Assembly: GCF_000698785.1 (NCBI RefSeq)
Contig: NZ_CP007536.1
Coordinates: 60,001 to 92,000, forward strand
DNA: 32,000 nucleotides
From: Nitrososphaera viennensis EN76
GTDB lineage: Archaea; Thermoproteota; Nitrososphaeria; Nitrososphaerales; Nitrososphaeraceae
Reading direction: 5' to 3'
This document shows, piece after piece, positions 1 to 7,470 of the stretch. How positions within the stretch are numbered: the first letter of the stretch is position 1; every line of letters begins with the position of its first letter. The notes beneath the pieces are model-generated. The model was not told the DNA's origin. It saw only the letters and a program-made list of their open reading frames with translations, and made no database searches. Position numbers and translations under genes: made by a program.

Positions 1-55
1 GAAGGCGGCGGAGAGAGCGAAGAGCTGATGAAAATAGTAGCCAAGATGTTCAAGT

Positions 56-1063
56 ATGAAGACGAGAAAAAACAGCAGCAGTAGCAGCGGCTTTCCAGAC
101 GTCAGGCTCAGGCGCCTCAGAAAGACGCCGGCGATTCGCGACTTGTTCCAGGAAACCCACCTTTCAGTCAAGGACCTTATAGCGCCAATTTTTGTCGAGG
201 AGGGCCTGAAAAAGCCGCAGGACATCGGCTCAATGCCGGACATCAAGCGTTTCCCGCTTTCAAGTCTTTCAAAAGAAGTAGAAGAGCTGTCCGACCTAGG
301 CGTCAGGGCAATAATCCTCTTTGGCCTGCCGGCGGAAAAGGACGACAAGGGCTCGCAGGCGTTTGCAGACAAGGGCATCGTGCAGAGGTCGGTTGAGCAG
401 GTGCGCAAGCACTTTGGCGACAAGATTGCAGTGATCACGGACGTCTGCCTCTGCCAGTACACGTCGCACGGCCACTGCGGCATCGTAGTAGACGGCAAGA
501 TAGACAACGATTCAAGCGCAAGCACGCTTGGCAGGGTGGCCGTGAGCCAGGCAAGGGCCGGCGCGGACATTGTCGCGCCTTCCGCCATGATGGACGGCCA
601 GGTGCACGCGATACGCAGCGCGCTTGACGACGCAGGGTTTTCAGACACGGCGATAATGAGCTATTCGTCAAAGCAGGCGTCGCCGCTGTTTGCGCCGTTC
701 CGGGACGCGGCACACTCGGCCCCCGAGTTTGGCGACCGCAAGACGTACCAGATGCCCTTTTCCAACCCCCGCGAGTCGATGCGCGAAATCGAGCAGGACA
801 TTTCAGAGGGCGTCGACGCGATAATAATAAAGCCGGCCATACCAAACCTCGACCTCATCTACCAGGCAAGCAGGGCGACCAGCCTGCCGATATGCGCATA
901 CAGCGTGTCAGGCGAGTATGCTCTGATGAAGGCAGCTGCGATGGAGGGCTGGATAGATGAAAACGCGGTGATGACAGAGTTTCTGACAGGGATAAAGAGG
1001 GCCGGCGCCGACATGATTATCACGTACCAGGCGAAAAAGATGGCAAGGCTCCTGTCAGAGTAG
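56..1063 (+). CDS. hemB: porphobilinogen synthase (delta-aminolevulinate dehydratase)
   Basis: 335-aa ORF. It has the N-terminal RLRRLRKTPAIRDL motif, the Cys-rich metal site DVCLCQYTSHGHCG, SYSSKQAS, and IIIKPA (Schiff-base Lys region), all typical of the ALAD family. Confidence 0.93.
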   Translation: MKTRKNSSSSSGFPDVRLRRLRKTPAIRDLFQETHLSVKDLIAPIFVEEGLKKPQDIGSMPDIKRFPLSSLSKEVEELSDLGVRAIILFGLPAEKDDKGSQAFADKGIVQRSVEQVRKHFGDKIAVITDVCLCQYTSHGHCGIVVDGKIDNDSSASTLGRVAVSQARAGADIVAPSAMMDGQVHAIRSALDDAGFSDTAIMSYSSKQASPLFAPFRDAAHSAPEFGDRKTYQMPFSNPRESMREIEQDISEGVDAIIIKPAIPNLDLIYQASRATSLPICAYSVSGEYALMKAAAMEGWIDENAVMTEFLTGIKRAGADMIITYQAKKMARLLSE

Positions 1064-1100
1064 ACGTTTTTATTCCAGCCTGCCGCCAAAACACCATACA

Positions 1101-1721
1101 ATGTTTGCAGCCGACGCAGGCTCCGAGCGTGCCACCAGCATCGAAGACTACCAGAACACCTGCACCGAGTTCATAATCGACATCAGCAGGGACTACAAGG
1201 ACTGGGTGGACCGCTACCAGCTCGGCGAGCAGGAAACCGCGCGGCGCAAGGGCGTCATTGACAATATTGTAAAGACTACGAACGACTGGATAAACCGCTT
1301 TGGCACCACGATAAAAAAAATAGACATCATCATGAACGACGGCGTCAACAAGATGGCAGAGAACACCGCCGGCTACCCCTTTGGGTTTGAGGCAATCGTG
1401 CTTGGAAAAAGCAGGTACACGACGCATCCCGTGGGCGACGTGAGGGTAAACGTCAAGGCGATGCCGAGGCCCGGCAGGCTCGTCAGGATAGGCAACTACC
1501 AGAAGGACGAGCTGTTGCTTTTGACTGCCAGCGCGCAGGTCGGCTTTGCGCTGAGCCAGGAAAGCAAAAAAGGTGCAGACATACTTGACGACTATATCAT
1601 AATCGACGCAAAGAACTGCCAGCGCGGCGACGTCCTGTCGCTTACCGTCGTGGTGGAAGAAGTGCAGGACGATTACGTGACTGAAAGCCGCGGGTATTCC
1701 ACACTAGTGCTGCTTACATAA
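1101..1721 (+). CDS. hypothetical protein
   Basis: 206-aa ORF with ATG about 25 nt downstream of a T-rich TATA-like box (cgtttttattcc). Antisense ORFs look like shadows. No recognisable motif. Confidence 0.6.
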   Translation: MFAADAGSERATSIEDYQNTCTEFIIDISRDYKDWVDRYQLGEQETARRKGVIDNIVKTTNDWINRFGTTIKKIDIIMNDGVNKMAENTAGYPFGFEAIVLGKSRYTTHPVGDVRVNVKAMPRPGRLVRIGNYQKDELLLLTASAQVGFALSQESKKGADILDDYIIIDAKNCQRGDVLSLTVVVEEVQDDYVTESRGYSTLVLLT

Positions 1722-1738
1722 TGAAAAGCAAGGACATG

Positions 1739-1747
1739 TTTAAATTA
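1739..1747 (+). promoter_or_regulatory. TATA box for the tRNA-Gly gene
   Basis: tttaaatta ends 27 nt upstream of the first tRNA nucleotide, matching archaeal TATA-to-TSS spacing. Confidence 0.5.
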
Positions 1748-1753
1748 CCTACA

Positions 1754-2125
1754 CTAAACGACAATTATAGCGTGCGACGGTCGTCCAGTTTGGTCTAGGA
1801 CATCAGATTGCCAATCTGGTAACCCGGGTTCAAATCCCGGCCGTCGCACCATTCTCTCATGTAATAGGCCGGGTTGCTCGTTACTCGAAACCGTACCTGT
1901 TTTGCTATAAACCGCTACGGTTTTGCTCGCTACCGTTACTGTATGTGCAGCGCCAGCGGCGAGCGTGCTATGCGTGCTTGCCAATTTTTTTAGTTCTTTG
2001 TCGTAAAGTATGCCGCAATGTTTGCAGAAATAACCCATTGCTTCATACGTAGCTTTTGCGCCGTGTCGTTCGTAGAGCGTCTTGATTTTCTTGCCGCATT
2101 TAGGGCAGTCTTGCATGGCAGGCAT
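1754..2125 (-). CDS. zinc-ribbon protein; only the N-terminal part is likely real
   Basis: CPKC...CKHC zinc ribbon in the first 40 aa. A BRE/TATA-like aaaaaagctttatag lies just upstream. The last roughly 30 codons are antisense to tRNA-Gly/attL, so the ORF end was created by integration. Confidence 0.5.
   Translation of the reverse strand: MPAMQDCPKCGKKIKTLYERHGAKATYEAMGYFCKHCGILYDKELKKLASTHSTLAAGAAHTVTVASKTVAVYSKTGTVSSNEQPGLLHERMVRRPGFEPGLPDWQSDVLDQTGRPSHAIIVV
1774..1851 (+). tRNA. tRNA-Gly (anticodon GCC), CCA encoded
   Basis: Manual cloverleaf. Acceptor GCGACGG/CCGTCGC. D stem GTCC/GGAC. Anticodon stem TCAGA/TCTGG with loop TTGCCAA. T stem CCGGG/CCCGG with loop TTCAAAT. Discriminator A, then CCA. 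Confidence 0.93.
1814..1852. repeat. attL: 39-bp direct repeat covering the tRNA-Gly 3' half
   Basis: atctggtaacccgggttcaaatcccggccgtcgcaccat is identical to 4256..4294. Flanking bases differ on both sides. Confidence 0.88.
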
Positions 2126-2154
2126 ACCGTAGACGGTCTATAAAGCTTTTTTGC

Positions 2155-2571
2155 TCACGATTTCATTTCTTTAAGCGTGTCAATTATTTTTTGTGCAGTG
2201 ACCTTGTCGCCGCTTTTGCTCAATGAATAGAGCCTTACCTTATTTTCATTTACGCCGTCTTCTATGACGATGTTTTTGCTTACAAGCCTGTTGAAGTTGC
2301 TGCCATTGAACCAATCGCCATGTGCCTTGCCAAATTCCTTGAACATATTGGCAATCTCCGTCTTTGTTTGTTTGGGTTTCATTTTAAGACACAATACTGC
2401 CAAGTCTTGCGGCCCGATCTTTTCAATATTAGTCACTATCAACCCTTCAATGTCAAGGCCGTCAGAGGCTTCAGACAATCTCTTCTTGGTGGCTATTATC
2501 TTCTCTAGAATGCTAAGCCTCTCTTCTATTCTAGACAAGCGTTCTTCTACGTTCAATTGTAAGTCGATCAT
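2155..2571 (-). CDS. coiled-coil + winged-helix-like protein (element-borne)
   Basis: 138-aa ORF. N-terminal heptad-like EERLSRIEERLSILEKII, then an HTH-like core and a C-terminal KVRLYSLSKSGDK wing-like segment. The gap to each neighbouring ORF is 28-29 nt. Confidence 0.7.
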   Translation of the reverse strand: MIDLQLNVEERLSRIEERLSILEKIIATKKRLSEASDGLDIEGLIVTNIEKIGPQDLAVLCLKMKPKQTKTEIANMFKEFGKAHGDWFNGSNFNRLVSKNIVIEDGVNENKVRLYSLSKSGDKVTAQKIIDTLKEMKS

Positions 2572-2599
2572 AGAAAACCTTTAGATAAAAAGTTGCTGG

Positions 2600-3382
2600 C
2601 TATTGCAGTTTGCTCGACTTTTGCCATCTGTCGGTGAATTTTTGATTTAGAGCGTTCCTCAAATCTCTGCCTTTATCTCCCTTGAAGACCAAAACAAATG
2701 ATTCTCGACCGCCCAGGTCTTTTATGCCGTGACCGAGTATGATAAGAGTGTCGTCTGTTATTATATATCTATCATGAAGTTCATTTGCTCTCGGGTAACG
2801 ACCTAACAAGATGTTTGCGTGCTCTTTCTCAAAATTGGCAAGCTCGCGGCTGAATTTTTGCGCGCTTTCATTTTTTCCCAGCTGGGCAGTCAAGAACTTG
2901 ATATCTGTACCATGATCTAATTTTTCAAGCATATCAAGAGTTTTTAGACCATAATATGGGTCAAGAATTTTCATTGTACCTTTGGTTTTAGAAATTATGT
3001 CTTTCAGTGTTTGATGCGAGGTACGCGGTTTATCGCCTTCGATGTGGTATGCTTCAAGGTCGCCATTGGCGAATTTCCTGCGCAGGTCTTCGATACCTTT
3101 CGCCATAATTTTGTATGCTATTTTGCCACGAATCTTTTTTCTATGAATTTTCTTATCTGCTCTGTTGAATGCATTGGTGATCTCTCGTTCATCAAATGAT
3201 ACATCATATAACGACGCGAGAATCTCTGATATCTCTGCCGAGTTTAAGTAGCCGTTTTGATCCAGCATGTCGTTGTAGACCCACAGAACCCAGAGACCCG
3301 CGTCTTGCGCACAATCTAATTTCGTGATTTCAGGGTAACTAGAAACATCGATTTTCTTAAATTCATCGATGAGCGAAGTCAA
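2600..3382 (-). CDS. wHTH protein with C-terminal PLD-like (HDR-type) domain
   Basis: 260-aa ORF. The N-terminal half has a wHTH-like segment (LNSAEISEILASLY...KIAYKIMAKG). The C-terminal half has ILDPYYG...IKFLT...LHDRYIITDDTLIILGHGIKDLGGRESF. From memory this resembles the HxK/R-type phospholipase-D-like fold (MITD1 C-terminal type). Confidence 0.7.
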   Translation of the reverse strand: MTSLIDEFKKIDVSSYPEITKLDCAQDAGLWVLWVYNDMLDQNGYLNSAEISEILASLYDVSFDEREITNAFNRADKKIHRKKIRGKIAYKIMAKGIEDLRRKFANGDLEAYHIEGDKPRTSHQTLKDIISKTKGTMKILDPYYGLKTLDMLEKLDHGTDIKFLTAQLGKNESAQKFSRELANFEKEHANILLGRYPRANELHDRYIITDDTLIILGHGIKDLGGRESFVLVFKGDKGRDLRNALNQKFTDRWQKSSKLQ

Positions 3383-3399
3383 TATTTCAAATGCATCTC

Positions 3400-3741
3400 T
3401 TAGGTCGGCGGGTATTTTTCAACATAGTTATTGTTGCCAGTATTGGTCAGATATTTTGCTCGTTGAAGCGCCATTTCGACTGTATGCTTCTTGAAATTAT
3501 ACCGCATTGCACCCAATTTTTCAATAATAGTGTCAAGTGGTTTATTCTCTTTGAAGTAATGAGTGAGATAAAGCGCATGAATAGCTTGTGGTGCTTTTCT
3601 TATGATACGCGGTGGCTGGTGTGTCTTGCCCCCGATGCTGGCGCTCGGTTTGGTTTTGGTTAGCTCGACAGTCCCTTCGTAAGTAACGCCTTTTTCATCT
3701 GTAACCAAAATATGTATGCGCATGCTATCACCTATTGACAT
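3400..3741 (-). CDS. hypothetical small protein, possible wHTH
   Basis: 113-aa ORF overlapping the upstream gene by 14 nt (operon-like). An alternative ATG at 3723 is possible. The C-terminal part is helix-rich and HTH-like. Confidence 0.6.
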   Translation of the reverse strand: MSIGDSMRIHILVTDEKGVTYEGTVELTKTKPSASIGGKTHQPPRIIRKAPQAIHALYLTHYFKENKPLDTIIEKLGAMRYNFKKHTVEMALQRAKYLTNTGNNNYVEKYPPT

Positions 3742-4048
3742 AGGCCCATTGCCCTTCCTTCTTGATACGACCCAAAACCTTGCCCTTGATTGCTCTCGAT
3801 AGGGGTGCAGTCAAGCTTGAACTACTGTAGAAATGGCCGTCTGCTTTCATCTTTTCAACTATTTCGCCGACATTTTTGGGTTGCCCGAAGAAGCCTTCAT
3901 CTTTCATTTCAATTAGTAGGTCGGTTATAGACGGGGGTTGGTTAGCGCTCTTTTGTTTCTGCGCAGAAGCTTTCAACGACAATTCTAGTTTCTTGATTCG
4001 CTTCTCATGGCCTGCCAAAATTTTCTTTACTTCTTCTATGTCAGACAC
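3728..4048 (-). CDS. coiled-coil + winged-helix-like protein (element-borne)
   Basis: 106-aa ORF with a GTG start and a TATA-like ttattaaatagg upstream. Architecture is EKRIKKLELSL, then an HTH-like core, then a GRIKKEGQWAYVNR wing, the same as the 138-aa ORF. Confidence 0.68.
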   Translation of the reverse strand: MSDIEEVKKILAGHEKRIKKLELSLKASAQKQKSANQPPSITDLLIEMKDEGFFGQPKNVGEIVEKMKADGHFYSSSSLTAPLSRAIKGKVLGRIKKEGQWAYVNR

Positions 4049-4255
4049 CGTCTAATTCGCTTCTATAACTATTACACCTATTTAATAAGAATTTCGCGAC
4101 TATTTACAACTTCTTGCTGATATCAGAACATGAATTTTACCTGTAACGCGAAACCAGCACTATAAACTCGAACCGAATTTTTCTAGGCGGGGGGGGCATT
4201 TAATGCAAAACCTTATTCGAAAAGTCACTTGTTTTGGTCGGTTATTAGATAGTTT

Positions 4256-4294
4256 ATCTGGTAACCCGGGTTCAAATCCCGGCCGTCGCACCAT
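4256..4294. repeat. attR: displaced copy of the tRNA-Gly 3' half
   Basis: Exact 39-bp copy of 1814..1852 with no 5' tRNA half upstream of it. Confidence 0.88.
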
Positions 4295-4327
4295 CATTTT
4301 CATCATCCAAGCCGCAATCGACTTCTG

Positions 4328-4501
4328 CTAGCCGGCGCTTCCGCACGCGCAGAACCCAAACTCGTCGATGCGCTTGCCGCACGTCGGGCACTTTTCGCCG
4401 TACTCTACTTCCCACGCGCGCTTGCCGTACAGCTTGAAGTGGTCGTCGTCTTCCTCCGAGAACTCTTCTTCTTTCTTCTTTTTCTTTTCTTCTTCAGCCA
4501 T
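4328..4501 (-). CDS. 57-aa zinc-ribbon protein with a charged N-terminal tail (below the track threshold)
   Basis: Hand translation gives MAEEEKKKKKEEEFSEEDDDHFKLYGKRAWEVEYGEKCPTCGKRIDEFGFCACGSAG*. CPTC...CAC metal site. The ATG overlaps the stop region of 4494..4955 by 8 nt. Confidence 0.55.
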   Translation of the reverse strand: MAEEEKKKKKEEEFSEEDDDHFKLYGKRAWEVEYGEKCPTCGKRIDEFGFCACGSAG

Positions 4502-4955
4502 CCTTCATTCCCCGCGCGACGCGGTTCTTGGCGTTTGTCTTGATTATTTCAAGTGCCTTTTCAGCCGCGTCTTTTTTTGGCAATTGGATCATGAAGATGT
4601 TCTGCGAGTTTGTGTACGTGGTCTCGCTCGGTCCCATCGCTATCATCCCGCTTTCCGCGAGCGCCTCGAACCACTCCAGCATGTCGTTTGCGTACAGCAA
4701 GAAATTCTCTTCAAAGTCCGTGTCTCTAAACTTGATGTTGACGTCGACAAACACGTCGCGCCCATCGTAAAAGATGTCCAATAGAGTATCAGCGGACACC
4801 CGCTTGCCGTAGACCTTGCCCAGCATCTCTTCGTATTTCTTGGGACTTACCAGTATGCAGGGCACCTTGCCGCCAGAGAACTCGACTAGCGTAGCTCCTT
4901 CCTTGTGCAGGTTGGCCTTGAATTCTTCAAGCGTAGTAAAGTTGCGCTTGGGCAC
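4494..4955 (-). CDS. hypothetical protein
   Basis: 153-aa ORF with a GTG start 20 nt downstream of a T-rich box. Apparently translationally coupled to the small Zn-ribbon ORF. Confidence 0.7.
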   Translation of the reverse strand: MPKRNFTTLEEFKANLHKEGATLVEFSGGKVPCILVSPKKYEEMLGKVYGKRVSADTLLDIFYDGRDVFVDVNIKFRDTDFEENFLLYANDMLEWFEALAESGMIAMGPSETTYTNSQNIFMIQLPKKDAAEKALEIIKTNAKNRVARGMKDG

Positions 4956-5193
4956 GCAGGTACCTTTGCAGGCACAAAATAAGAGCTTTGTTATGGCGAT
5001 AAACGGCCCAAGTTATCCAGTTTTTACGTCATTGGACGACGACGAAGCTCACTATAGAAAGTATGTGCGCATGCATTCTTTTTTGGAAAAGAGAGGAAAC
5101 GAAAAAAGCCAAGCAGATGCTTCCGCCGCGGTGTTTGGCTCCTATTCATCGTTATTCAGCGGCATGATGGAAATGTAAAAAGGTGGATTATAA

Positions 5194-5670
5194 TTAGTCG
5201 CGTTTGTCCCCTGTTGTTCTTTTCTTCTTTATTGCCCGCAGCTTCCTTATTCCAAAAATGGACGCTACAAACGCTATCCCTGAACCTGCCAGTATCTCCA
5301 CAACAAATGGGCTAAGCTCTGGCTGTGATGCTACGCTGCTAGATGATCCACACGGTGAGCCTACTGCTCCAAGGCAGCGGTGTTTCAATATTTCATTTTC
5401 AGAGCATTTTTCTGGCGATATGCCCAGCTCTTTGCATTCCTGAAGCATCTGCTGAGTTGGCGGAGATGGACTTTGGCTTGTCTGCGCGTATGCATGCTCG
5501 CTATTTGTGAAAAAGGCCAAAGAGGAAAACGACATGATGCCTGCCATTACTGCTGCAATAAAGCCCGCTGCAAGCCTTCTCCTTCTCTTTGCCAACAGCA
5601 GGAAATAGGAAATTCTTCTATTTTTCCTTTCAGACGTGCCTTCAAAAAAGCGGCACAAGTTTACGAACAA
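5194..5670 (-). CDS. small Cys-containing secreted protein with a C-terminal membrane anchor
   Basis: Signal-like KRRRRLAAGFIAAVMAGIMSFSSLAFF..AYA. The real start is probably TTG at 5595, 20 nt after aaaaatagaa. Six Cys in the mature part. C-terminal hydrophobic segment ILAGSGIAFVASIFGI followed by RKLRAIKKKR. Confidence 0.6.
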   Translation of the reverse strand: MFVNLCRFFEGTSERKNRRISYFLLLAKRRRRLAAGFIAAVMAGIMSFSSLAFFTNSEHAYAQTSQSPSPPTQQMLQECKELGISPEKCSENEILKHRCLGAVGSPCGSSSSVASQPELSPFVVEILAGSGIAFVASIFGIRKLRAIKKKRTTGDKRD

Positions 5671-5835
5671 AAAGGGGATTCCCTTTTTACTCCTTGTCGC
5701 TGAACTCGTTTGGATCCGACGGCCAAACCATTCTTTTTCCCCTATTTCCGGATGACAAACAGTTTTTGACAGAATTTAGGACCTACAAAATAATAGGAGT
5801 TTAGCGCCACGCGGGCGCGAAAAAAGCAGAGGAGT

Positions 5836-7464
5836 CTAGCAGATGCGTATGGACTTGGCCAGCATCAGGGCACGCTGCGAGTCGTCTTCCATCATCTCGT
5901 TGTTCTTGTACTTGTTGCTAAAGTAGATGAGGTCTATCATCTTGCAGCGGTCCATAGTCACGACTGCGCTCCCGTTGGTGCCTGCAGTCGTGTTGGCGTT
6001 TGTCAGTATCACCAGCTTGTCCACAAAGCCCGTCGTCTTTAGCGTGTTTGAGATCTGCTCAAAGCTCTTGGCGTGGTCGCGGTTTATCACGACTGTTATT
6101 GCCACCTTTGTGCCGTACGGGTCGGAGAACATGATGTCTACCCCGCTCCCGTTGCTCTTTTGCGGTTTTGCCACCGCGCCCACTTCGTGCGCATAGTTCA
6201 CGAGGTTGCGCACGGCGTCCTTTACTCCCGATTCGAGCACAGAGACGTCGCTTGTGCTCCTGCGGATCTTGATAAAGTCGGAAATCGGCACGTCCATGAC
6301 GCTCCCGCGTATGCGCAGGCCGGGGTAGACATTTTTGATAGTTTCATCAATGGCCTGCTCGTCTATTATCGGCGCCTCGCGCTTGCCGGCGTTTTCAGTG
6401 GCGTGGTACATTATGTTCAGCATCGAGCGCACGTTGCGAAAGTCCGGGAACTCGTCATAGATCACCTTCACCTTTGCCGCAAGGTCGCGCTCTTCGTCGT
6501 CGGTAAAGCACTTGCCTGCGTCGTGGAAGCGTATGTACTCCATGATGATGTCGAGGATCTCCTCGTAGGTGTTCGAGCCTGCAAGGTCGACCTTGTAGTT
6601 GGCCTTTTCCAGCCTGTCAAACACGGACGCATTTGCCTTGCTGATGTCGTCGTACGATGACGGGGTGAATATCAGCAGGAGCGCTGCCGCCGGCACGTGG
6701 GCGTTTATCACAGCCTTGACAAACTCGGTCGTCTCCCTGTCGGCGTCAAACTCGTCCAGCTGGAACACGGTCACGCGCCCAAGAAAGCGCAGGTTCAAAG
6801 ACGCAAGGGCCGCCAGGCTTGCGATGATGTCTTCAAGGGTCGAGACGTTTGCCGCGTCAGCCCTGAACTTGCCCTCCACCACCAGTTTCAGTATCGCGAC
6901 CTCGATTGGCGAAAACTCCCTGCTCAATGTCTCGGAAAGCGCGGAATAGTTGGGCACAAGCTCGTTGTTCAGCAAGAGCTCTGCCTTGTCTGACAGGCGC
7001 TTGCCGGTGATAGAGTCCATGAACCCATAGTTGAACACCTTGCGCGCAGTTGACGACTGCTCGGCCTTGGCAAGCAGGTGCTTGACAACAGCCCTGCGCA
7101 TCTGGGCGATGTACTCGTCGGTGAAGCCGCCCAGCATCGCAGAGTAGAGGCTGTGCATGTTGCGCGGGGATATCTGCGTCAGGTCGACGTACGATATCAC
7201 GGTCCTGTCCTCGACCTCCTTGAGCCCCTTTATGTGGAGCGCAAGGTGCGTCTTGCCTGAACCCACGTCCTGGATTATCGTGAGAAGCCTAAAGTCCTTG
7301 TCGGTGGCCTTGCCTTCGGCGACCTTGCCGTGCAGGTCGGAAAAGCACGCAAGCACAGCCGCCTTGGCCTCCTTGTGGCGCTTGCCTCCAAGGATCTTGG
7401 CGTCAATCAAAGTCGGGGTCGGGCTGCTTGGGTATGGGTTTCTGTCCAGCCTGTACGGATACAT
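5836..7464 (-). CDS. P-loop NTPase with an uncharacterised C-terminal domain
   Basis: 542-aa ORF. Walker A QDVGSGKTH, Walker B VTVFQLDEFD. The C-terminal roughly 110 aa (GSGVDIMFSDPYGTKVAITVVI...LVILTNAN) loosely resembles an Mrr-like nuclease core, but I see no clear catalytic Lys. Confidence 0.85.
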   Translation of the reverse strand: MYPYRLDRNPYPSSPTPTLIDAKILGGKRHKEAKAAVLACFSDLHGKVAEGKATDKDFRLLTIIQDVGSGKTHLALHIKGLKEVEDRTVISYVDLTQISPRNMHSLYSAMLGGFTDEYIAQMRRAVVKHLLAKAEQSSTARKVFNYGFMDSITGKRLSDKAELLLNNELVPNYSALSETLSREFSPIEVAILKLVVEGKFRADAANVSTLEDIIASLAALASLNLRFLGRVTVFQLDEFDADRETTEFVKAVINAHVPAAALLLIFTPSSYDDISKANASVFDRLEKANYKVDLAGSNTYEEILDIIMEYIRFHDAGKCFTDDEERDLAAKVKVIYDEFPDFRNVRSMLNIMYHATENAGKREAPIIDEQAIDETIKNVYPGLRIRGSVMDVPISDFIKIRRSTSDVSVLESGVKDAVRNLVNYAHEVGAVAKPQKSNGSGVDIMFSDPYGTKVAITVVINRDHAKSFEQISNTLKTTGFVDKLVILTNANTTAGTNGSAVVTMDRCKMIDLIYFSNKYKNNEMMEDDSQRALMLAKSIRIC

Positions 7465-7470
7465 ATCTCG

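Larger units (their letters stand above)
1814..4294. mobile_element. small tRNA-integrated element (about 2.5 kb), no integrase; relic or non-autonomous
   Basis: Classical arrangement of an intact tRNA, an insert, then a duplicated tRNA 3' end. The interior is visibly AT-richer than both flanks (by eye). Five same-strand, tightly packed ORFs. No ORF shows tyrosine- or serine-recombinase motifs. Confidence 0.75.

Noticed and set aside
1-84. Open frame from the window start to a TAG at 82-84 (…ELMKIVAKMFKYEDEKKQQQ*), possibly the 3' end of an upstream gene overlapping the hemB start
   Set aside because: Only 27 codons are visible and there is no recognisable motif. This is insufficient to support a feature call.
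1853-4255. Search for an integrase or transposase inside the tRNA-flanked element
   Set aside because: None of the five ORFs shows R...HxxR...Y, a serine-recombinase motif or a DDE motif. The region adjacent to attR has stops in all frames. No recombinase feature is reported.
4049-4255. Short repeats (actattacac / actatttacaac), a 10-bp palindrome ctgatatcag and a G8 run in the element's non-coding arm; considered as an origin or iterons
   Set aside because: There are too few copies and they are too short to distinguish from chance in AT-rich DNA without statistics. They are noted only as part of the element's promoter/att-proximal region.
4816-5178. 120-aa plus-strand ORF
   Set aside because: Its first third is antisense to 4494..4955. 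The rest crosses an intergenic region containing that gene's promoter. It has no start context and no motifs.
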